Assembly: GCF_001194135.2 (NCBI RefSeq)
Contig: NC_068988.1
Span: 85,984,766 to 86,029,161 of the forward strand
Length of the DNA stretch: 44,396 nt
Direction of reading: 5' to 3'
Origin: Octopus bimaculoides
Taxonomy: Eukaryota
Numbering within the stretch: the stretch's first letter is position 1; every line of letters begins with the position of its first letter. The notes below the pieces were generated by a model, which saw only the letters and a list, made by a program, of their open reading frames with translations, was not told the origin of the DNA and ran no database searches. Positions 35,964-44,396 of the stretch are shown here, piece by piece. The translations under genes and the position numbers were made by a program.

Positions 35964-35989
35964 CATCATCATCATCATCATCATCATCA
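35936..35989. repeat. 54-nt perfect palindrome formed by (GAT)n abutting (CAT)n
   Basis: Centre GA|TC at 35962/35963, 27-nt arms, no spacer. Confidence 0.9.
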
Positions 35990-36756
35990 CCATCTTCATC
36001 TTTATTTTTCTCACTGTCATTATCATAATCATCACCATCATCACCACCGCCTCTATCACTATCACCGCCGCCACCATCAACGCCACCACCATCACTGCNN
36101 NNNNNNNNNNNNNNNNNNNNNNNNNNNNNNNNNNNNNNNNNNNNNNNNNNNNNNNNNNNNNNNNNNNNNNNNNNNNNNNNNNNNNNNNNNNNNNNNNNNN
36201 NNNNNNNNNNNNNNNNNNNNNNNNNNNNNNNNNNNNNNNNNNNNNNNNNNNNNNNNNNNNNNNNNNNNNNNNNNNNNNNNNNNNNNNNNNNNNNNNNNNN
36301 NNNNNNNNNNNNNNNNNNNNNNNNNNNNNNNNNNNNNNNNNNNNNNNNNNNNNNNNNNNNNNNNNNNNNNNNNNNNNNNNNNNNNNNNNNNNNNNNNNNN
36401 NNNNNNNNNNNNNNNNNNNNNNNNNNNNNNNNNNNNNNNNNNNNNNNNNNNNNNNNNNNNNNNNNNNNNNNNNNNNNNNNNNNNNNNNNNNNNNNNNNNN
36501 NNNNNNNNNNNNNNNNNNNNNNNNNNNNNNNNNNNNNNNNNNNNNNNNNNNNNNNNNNNNNNNNNNNNNNNNNNNNNNNNNNNNNNNNNNNNNNNNNNNN
36601 NNNNNNNNNNNNNNNNNNNNNNNNNNNNNNNNNNNNNNNNNNNNNNNNNNNNNNNNNNNNNNNNNNNNNNNNNNNNNNNNNNNNNNNNNNNNNNNNNNNN
36701 NNNNNNNNNNNNNNNNNNNNNNNNNNNNNNNNNNNNNNNNNNNNNNNNNNNNNNNA

Positions 36757-36935
36757 ACTTCGCTTGACAACCGATGCTGGTGTGTTTACGTCCCCGTAAC
36801 TTAGCGGTTCGGCAAAAAGCGACCAATCGAATAAGTAACTAGGCTTTACAAAGAGTAAGTCCTGGGGTCGATTAGCTCGACTAAAAGGCGGTGCTCCAGC
36901 ATGGCCGCAGTCATATGACTGAAACAAGTAAAAGA
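36757..36935 (+). mobile_element. SINE family A, 3' half after a gap
   Basis: cgcttgacaaccgatgctgg...aaggcggtgctccagcatggccgcagtcatatgactgaaacaagtaaaagag. Confidence 0.87.
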
Positions 36936-37389
36936 GTATACCTGGCTTCTTAGTCTTAATACGTTTGTTACTTTGGACGAAGAATACCCCCAGGTTTTAT
37001 GCAGCTGGGTTATTGTGATGTGTTGCATTTGGTACATGTTTGTACGCCCTCGTTTTCACGTTGAAGTTCACAATGGACACGACTTCATCAGTGGACACGT
37101 TCGTATCATTGGCAAGGATTGTTACTTAGGCTCCAGAAGTACGTTTCAACTTGAAAGCGGATATCATTTTGTGCTTTGCATGCATTCCCACTGCTGTTTA
37201 ACAAATATTGGTCATATCTTAATAGTTTCTATAGTCATTTTACATAACTATAATGATCTAGTAGAACGATGCTGATGGGGCTAGGGCTAGGGTTAGGGTA
37301 GAGAGGATAGAATGGTATGGGGGTGGGGTTAAATGTTCATACCTTTCCCGAGGGAAATGCTGGAATATTTTGTTCTTCACGTAATGACG

Positions 37390-38003
37390 GTGATGGGGGT
37401 GGAGGAGGTGGAAGAGGTGGAAGAGGTGGAGGAAAAGGAGGAAAAGGAAGAGGTGGAGGAAAAGGAGGAAAAGGAGGAGGAGGAAAAGGAGGAGGAGGAG
37501 GAAAAGGAGGGGGAGGANNNNNNNNNNNNNNNNNNNNNNNNNNNNNNNNNNNNNNNNNNNNNNNNNNNNNNNNNNNNNNNNNNNNNNNNNNNNNNNNNNN
37601 NNNNNNNNNNNNNNNNNNNNNNNNNNNNNNNNNNNNNNNNNNNNNNNNNNNNNNNNNNNNNNNNNNNNNNNNNNNNNNNNNNNNNNNNNNNNNNNNNNNN
37701 NNNNNNNNNNNNNNNNNNNNNNNNNGAGGTGGAGGAGGAAAAGAAAGAGGAGGAGGTTGAAGAGGAGGAGGAGGAGGAGGTTGAAGAGGAGGAGGAGGAG
37801 GAGGTTGAAGAGGAGGAGGAGGAGGAAAATGTGGAGGAGGAAAAGAAGGAGGAGGAGGAGGAAGATAGTGAAGGTGATGGTGGTGATGGAGATGATGATC
37901 ATTATCTAGATCATCATCATCATCATCATCATCACTACCACTACTATCGTTGTCGTCGTCGTCGTCGTCGTTATCATCGTCGTCATAATCATCATCATAA
38001 TCC

Positions 38004-38038
<35 letters not shown>

Positions 38039-38344
38039 GTAATCATCATCATCAGCAGCAGCATCATCACCACCATCACCACCATCGTCATCATAGAAAT
38101 TATGCTGGTTACTTTCGACTAAATTATTATTGTTGTTGTCACTGTTGTTGTTGGTGGTGGTCGTCGTCGTGTTGTTGTTGTCGTTCTTGTTGTTGTGAAT
38201 ATCAGGAATTACTGTTTAATTACGCAAGAAGTTGAAACGATGATGTGTATTTTCTTTTAACCAGAGTAATTAAACCTGTTGAAATATTTTATTGCAATTA
38301 CGTAGATTTTAGTAATTAAAAGCGAATGGGAAATATAATTACTA

Positions 38345-38378
<34 letters not shown>

Positions 38379-38410
38379 CATTATTATTATTATCATTATT
38401 ATTATTATGT
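37390..38410. repeat. Compound trinucleotide region: (GGA)n, (CAT)n, (CGT)n, (TGT)n, (ATT)n
   Basis: Directly visible; produces the Glu- and His-rich pseudo-ORFs in the track. Confidence 0.9.
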
Positions 38411-38538
38411 AAGAAACATCTCCTGACCGGAAATGTACTTTAAACAAGTTTAAAATCAACCTATAAACCTAGTTAATGCCTGGAAGTGATTATTACATGT
38501 TTTACCTTTTAGAAAAATATCCCAGAATTTGCTTCATC

Positions 38539-38572
<34 letters not shown>

Positions 38573-38606
38573 GCAGCAGCATTATTATTATTAGTATTAT
38601 TATCAT

Positions 38607-38785
38607 CGCCAGCACGCTGGACGAAATGCTTAGTGGTTTCACCCGTTGCTACGTTCCAAGTTCAAATTCCGCAGAGCTCGACTTTGCCTTTCATCCTTTC
38701 GAGGTCGATAAATTAAGTACCAGTGAAATACCAGAAATACATGTAATCGACTAGTCACACACCCCCACGCAAATTTCAGCTATCA
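38607..38785 (+). mobile_element. SINE family B
   Basis: gcacgctggacgaaatgcttag...gttcaaattccgcagagctcgactttgcctttcatcctttcgaggtcgataaattaagtaccag. Confidence 0.8.
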
Positions 38786-39294
38786 CAACGCTTCCCTTAT
38801 TTAATAGAACAGCGCAAACAATTTCGTTTGACTGATGACTATGGCAAAAGTAGTTGTGTTGTGTACAAGACTGAAAAGACTGAAGACAGGCACTTTCGTC
38901 TTCAGTTAAGCCCTCATCGAATTTTTCAAGTTCCACTTAAAATGGAAATTGAGGGTGGAAAATGGAAGCGCTCTCCTGCAGTTGAGTTGTTAAAAAGAGG
39001 ATGACAGTGGCGAAAATGGCAAGAGTGAGAGATTTTACTATGAGCATGTCGGAGACTGACAGATAGGATAGGATACTTATCCTTGGTAGTCAAGGTGATC
39101 TTGGATCTATGGATTATTTGACTAGTTCTAGTTTGTGGTCCTCCTGTATCATGAGAACTGTGCCATCATTGCTATACATCATCATTTTTATACTAAGTGT
39201 ACCTATTTATCATCCATTTTTTTAACCCTGCAATAAATCCCATCACTTTATGCAAACTGTCTTTGTAATATCCTCTTCATTCGATACTTCTGAA

Positions 39295-39716
39295 GCAATG
39301 AAAGAATTATCAGAGCGTCTGACAAAACGCCTTGTGGTATATATTTAAGACGTTCTACGTTCTGAGTTCGAACCCTGTCGATGTGAATTTTATCTTTCAT
39401 CATTCTTAGACTGGTAAAATACAGTACCAGTCTAAGTACTAATTTCTGTATAATCATCCAATTCCCAACCTTTAAAATTACTGGCCTCGTGTGTAAATTA
39501 GAAACCGTTTAACGCTGCAAGCTTGAAGAATCGTTAGTGTTGGGAAACGCATTCTGGTGTTCTTCTGGCTATCTATATTCTGAGTTTAGTTTTACTTTTC
39601 ATTCTTTCGGGGTCGATAAAATAAGTACCAGTTGATCACAAAGGTTGATGTAATCGACTTACCCTCCTCTCAGAAATTGCCAGCCTTGTGCTGAAATTGG
39701 TAAGAATTATTATTAC
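39295..39716 (+). mobile_element. SINE family B, second head-to-tail tandem pair (diverged)
   Basis: Units at about 39295-39510 and 39512-39716, each with gttctgagtt, tttcat.tt and aagtaccag/cagtaccag; the second ends attattatt. Confidence 0.7.
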
Positions 39717-40464
39717 AGTTGTTGTTGCTGCGTTTTGAGTTGAGTGGGCGTGTTTTAACACAGCTTCATGAAAGATTTTGATTCACTACATTGTACAGAA
39801 TAAAAAGCATTTTTCCTGTAGAGTGGATTTAAGAACACTTCAGTTGGTTTGATATAATTTGAAACATTCATTTCCTCGTATTTTTACTATGGCGCCCTTT
39901 TTCTGGGGAGGCAGTGAGAGGTGTTAGCCAGATAACGCCCCAAAATTAGAAATTTGTGGAAACAACAGCACAGATTTAATAGAAATTAAAAAAGAAACGA
40001 AAGAAAAGATGACATTTGAACAAGCAAACGCGGACAACAGCACTTAAAAAGAAAACTAGACAAAATGACAATTCAACAAACGAACAGCTTCATAAATACA
40101 AACTCTCGTACATACAAGAGCAAGGAATTTTGACAGGGAGAGCAATAACAACAGTTTTGCTAACATTGTGAGCCAAAGGGATGGTCTGGACATAGATTGA
40201 TTCCTGCGAAAAGGAAGGGGCAGATGAGATATGTCAAATTGACTTGTGCTTTCTCCTCTTAGAATCTTATTAAAGAAATGACAATATAACTCTCCCTGTT
40301 GAAAAGCTGAAGGGCTGTTATGCTAAAGGAAGCCTTATCGATGTGTGACCTTAGAAGGGCATATAATAATGCGTGCCTGATCTTTTAAGGACGTAGCGGG
40401 GTGTTCACAGATTGGTGCCACAAAATATATGAGCCAGAAACATTAGTTGTAATATCAAAACTTG

Positions 40465-40810
40465 TATCGTGTTTTACTCTTATTGTTTATTTTTTACACT
40501 TTTTTACACATTTTTCTGTATTTTGCCTTTAGCCCTGTTTTTACTTGTACATGTGCGTATATAGACGTGTCTATGAATCTTTTTTGTTCGCGCGCGTGTG
40601 TGTGCGTATATAGACGTGTGTGTGTGCTTACGATTATGTGCGTATATAGACATGTTTTACTCCTATTGCTTATTTTTTACATTTTTTTACACATTTTTCT
40701 GTATTTTGCTTTTAGCACTGTTTTTTTTTTCTTGTGCATGTGTGTATATAGACGTGTGTATGAACCTTTTTGTGCGCGCGCGTGTGTGTGTGTGTGTGTA
40801 TGAACGTGTA
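40465..40810. repeat. Tandem duplication, about 183-bp period, with an internal gtgcgtatatagac motif
   Basis: gttttactc.tattg at 40471 and 40654; the motif recurs about 4 times. Confidence 0.88.
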
Positions 40811-41607
40811 TGCGGGTATGTATATATTTTTTGGCGAATGTGTGGTTGAGCATGTGTGTGTGTGTGTTTCAAGTGAGGGTGGATGAGTATATACATATAG
40901 GCGCATGTACGTGGGTGTGCAGACGTACATGTGTATGTATGGACATGCACGCTTACGCGATTACTATGAACATTTTCACTCCCTTACCTTTACTCCCTCC
41001 CCTCACTTAGCGGTCATTCTAATAGCTCTTTTGTCTTGATAACGGTCAATCACACAGTAATTTCCCATTGTTTAACGGTCATTTTCATAGCATNNNNNNN
41101 NNNNNNNNNNNNNNNNNNNNNNNNNNNNNNNNNNNNNNNNNNNNNNNNNNNNNNNNNNNNNNNNNNNNNNNNNNNNNNNNNNNNNNNNNNNNNNNNNNNN
41201 NNNNNNNNNNNNNNNNNNNNNNNNNNNNNNNNNNNNNNNNNNNNNNNNNNNNNNNNNNNNNNNNNNNNNNNNNNNNNNNNNNNNNNNNNNNNNNNNNNNN
41301 NNNNNNNNNNNNNNNNNNNNNNNNNNNNNNNNNNNNNNNNNNNNNNNNNNNNNNNNNNNNNNNNNNNNNNNNNNNNNNNNNNNNNNNNNNNNNNNNNNNN
41401 NNNNNNNNNNAGAGAGAGAGAGAGACTTATTTTGCGTAATTCATCCTTATACAGCATATCACCCTATTTTTAATGCTATAATATATTGTCACGTTCATTT
41501 AAACCATACCTCACGTTTTTTTATATAATTATATGTATATATCCTCACTTACCCCATGATCATTTGATAACAATATTTTGTATGAATGAAACGGCCTAGG
41601 TAGCAAA

Positions 41608-42014
41608 TACTCCTTTACTCTTTTACTTGTTTCAGTCACTTGACTGTGGCCATGCTGGAGCACCGCCTTTAGTCGAGCAAATCGACCCCAGGACTTATTC
41701 TTTGGATGCCTAGTACTTATTCTATCGGTCTCTTTTGCCGAACCGCTAAGTTACGGGGACATAAACACACCAGCATCGGTTGTCAAGCGATGTTGGGGGG
41801 ACAGACACAGACATACAAACATATACACACACATACATATATATATACATATATACGACGGGCTTCTTTCAGTTTCCGTCTACCAAATCCACTCACAAGG
41901 CTTTGGTCGGCCCGAGGCTATAGTAGATGACACTTGCCCAAGGTGCCACGCAGTGGGAATGAACCCAGAACCATGTGGTTGGTAAGCAAGCTACTTACCA
42001 CACAGCCACTCCTG
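41608..42014 (-). mobile_element. SINE family A, best-preserved full-length copy
   Basis: Minus strand: head ggagtggctgtgtggtaag...gggttcattccc, core ggcaccttgggcaagtgtc, internal (TA)/(TG) tract, tail gcagtc..tgactgaaacaagtaaaagagtaaaggagta. Confidence 0.92.
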
Positions 42015-42028
42015 AAAAAATATCAATA

Positions 42029-42092
<64 letters not shown>

Positions 42093-42928
42093 CGTTGTTG
42101 TTGCTGTTGTTGTTGTTGTTGTTGTTGTTGTAGTTGTTGCTTGTTTGTTCATTTTTCACAAAATTTGGATGACTTTTTCTGTTGTTTCTTTTGAAAGTAA
42201 TTCAAAGAAAGGTGAACGGTAATTTTATTTTGTTTTTTCTCGCTTGTTTCGCGGGGGAAAAAAATAATCAGACATTTCTGAACAGTCGTTTTGCGTGTGA
42301 TGTGTATGTGTGTGTGTTAGCCGACATTCAAAACAAATAACCTTCGGCGAACACACCCTAATATAGACAAAAGCCTTGACTTTTCAGAAAGGCAAAGTGA
42401 ACAAAGATATTGTTAAAGAAAACACTTTTTGGGAGAAAAAAAAACATTTTTAGTAAAAATGTTTGTGATATTAACAACTCGTTTAACAATGGCTACAACA
42501 ATAATAATTTCAACGCACATATATTTATTGTTAAATAAAGACAATAAGGAAAAGAGACAGTAGCTTTAAGTTTGCTCACGCTACATGTCATAGGCGACCA
42601 CTAAATTATGTTTTAGAAGAAAACAGCATTAGGTTTTCTTTAAAGGTTTTAAGAACTGGCTTGAGAAAAAAAAGCAATTAAGGCATTACCACTCACATGT
42701 AGACATAATCGTCATCAAAAGAATTTTGCCCGGATAGCTTCCAGCCAAAGAATGCTTTTAATGTGGACAGAACATAATATGAATCATCCTCTGCCAACGT
42801 TTATCCATAAGCACTTAATTTTTTTGACCTAAGAATTCATTCGGTGTGAACGAAGAAAAAATATATACCTTCATCTGGGTGGGGTGTTTTCTGTGTCCTC
42901 AAAGGGGCAGTTAAGAGACGCTCTAGAT

Positions 42929-43181
42929 CAGTGGTTCTCAACCAATTTTCACCTATGGTCCACTTTGATTCCTATTTTACTCAGGTGGACCCTCAAAACC
43001 ATTCCATGTTTAAGAAATCCTATTATATTTCCATAATTAAATATTATTAGAAATTGTATTTAAAAATTGTTAAAATATTTGGTGTTATAGAAGTATAACC
43101 AATTTATTTCACATAAACTTTAACAACAAAATCTTATATGGACCCGCAAGGGTCGTTTGGACCCCGGTTGTGAACCACTTG
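42929..43181 (+). mobile_element. hAT MITE, copy 2
   Basis: CAGTGGTTCTCAACC...GGTTGTGAACCACTTG; flanks ctctagat (42921-42928) and ctgtagat (43182-43189). Confidence 0.9.
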
Positions 43182-43642
43182 CTGTAGATGATGTCTGGGC
43201 TTGCATCTTGTACATATAGAGGTGGGGGCACAATCTACAGCCCTGTCTGCCTGACCTTTAAACAATGTTCTTGCATATTCTCTCTCTCTCTTTCTCTCTC
43301 TCCCTCTCTCTCCCTCTCTCTCTCTCCCTCTCTCTCTCTACCTATCTATTTATCTATCTCCATTTCTCTCTCTCTCCCCCCTCTCTCTCTCTTTCTCATA
43401 CAGTATTTAGACTACCCGACCCACTCAGTCCAGACACATCAGCCACCACTCCAAAACACTACAATACCACCCTAACAACAATATTCCACCCACTCGACAC
43501 AGACATCTACAACACGCCCAAGACACCATCTTGACAACGCTATTCACCCTCCTCCACCCCACCCACCCCTAACTCAATCCAGACACAACAACCACCCTCA
43601 GGACGCAACAACAGCACCACCGTAAGAACGCTCTCCATTTAA

Positions 43643-43860
43643 CTCTTTAGCTGTGAATTAAAATTTTATGATTATTCCAGTAATAATGTTAAATATCTAC
43701 CAAAAAATAGAATTGGTATTTTCTGCAGGTCACATTGCCTCAGTGAATTCGACATATCTCAAGAGAAAATAGTTTCAAACATGACATTCCTAAACAAAAG
43801 ACAGACTGGTATATAAAACTGCTTTCCTCATGAAAATGATTGGTTTCCACAGGAAAAGGG
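43643..43860. mobile_element. piggyBac-type MITE (218 bp)
   Basis: TTAA at 43639-43642 and 43861-43864; ends CTCTTTAGCTGTG and CACAGGAAAAGGG (10/13 inverted match). Confidence 0.78.
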
Positions 43861-44111
43861 TTAAATCTCATAATTTTCGTAGATTTGTCTCGAGTTTCTC
43901 GAAGAAATGGCAGCTGATAAAATTGAATATTTGGAGTCAGATTAGAAAAAAATAAATGTCTGGCATTGGTTAATTATTCCGACATTTAAAAGGAATGAAA
44001 GAATGAAAAATATTTTTTTATTTCATTGTTTTTCTATTTTTCTTTCTTTTTTTATTGTGGGTGGGGTCATTATTTGTCTCGTCGAGAAGTAAATTTTTTT
44101 ATATATCAAAG

Positions 44112-44277
44112 GTGCAGGCGTAGCTGTGTAGAAAGAAGTTTGCTTCCCATCCACTTTGTTCCGAGTTCAGTCCCATTCTGTGACATATTCGGCAAACGTT
44201 TTCTACTATAACCCTGGGCCGACCAAAGCCTTTGTGAATGGATTTGGTAGACAAAAACTGGAAGATGCCCGTCGTAT

Positions 44278-44310
<33 letters not shown>
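44112..44310 (+). mobile_element. SINE family A, 5' half ending in (TAGA)n
   Basis: ggcgtagctgtgtag...gagttcagtccc...gggccgaccaaagcctttgtgaatggatttggtagac...gcccgtcgtatata. Confidence 0.85.
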
Positions 44311-44312
<2 letters not shown>

Positions 44313-44396
44313 TCTTTTTATTATAGCCACACAGGGCTAAATACAGAAAATGGACAAATTACAAAGTAGAACTTTTCTTGGGGAGGGATAATTTCG

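Noticed and set aside
36973-37275. 100-aa + strand ORF
   Set aside because: TTG start, no recognisable domain and no clear splice sites.
38885-38910. Minus-strand CTGAAGACGAAAG; also CTGATGA at 23286 and 38832
   Set aside because: No stem II followed by GAAA in the right geometry; 7-mers are expected by chance.

Overview
AT-rich, repeat-dense animal DNA from a draft assembly with 16 N-gaps, most flanked by microsatellites. The SINE and transposon content suggests an octopus or other coleoid cephalopod (inference). No complete protein-coding gene, rRNA, true tRNA or CRISPR array is present, and most ORF-track entries are microsatellite or N-run artefacts. Recognisable content: three tRNA-headed SINE families (here A, B, C; about 20 copies); fragments of three different Penelope-like elements; RTE, CR1 and R4/Dong-like LINE fragments; a full-length DD34D mariner with one nonsense codon; an internally deleted maT-like Tc1/mariner; a mariner MITE; two copies of an hAT MITE with 8-bp TSDs; and a TTAA piggyBac-type MITE. 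Most worth following up: a probable unannotated minus-strand multi-exon gene (three phase-compatible exons at 27.9-28.7 kb, weaker candidates at 13.3-14.1 and 9.8-10.0 kb), a hammerhead-ribozyme core at 7.5 kb, a 3' tail shared by the CR1 LINE and SINE A, an R4/Dong element inserted in a (TAA)n tract, and a promoter-like motif cluster at 34.0-34.1 kb. I cannot support a wholly new biological system from this sequence alone.
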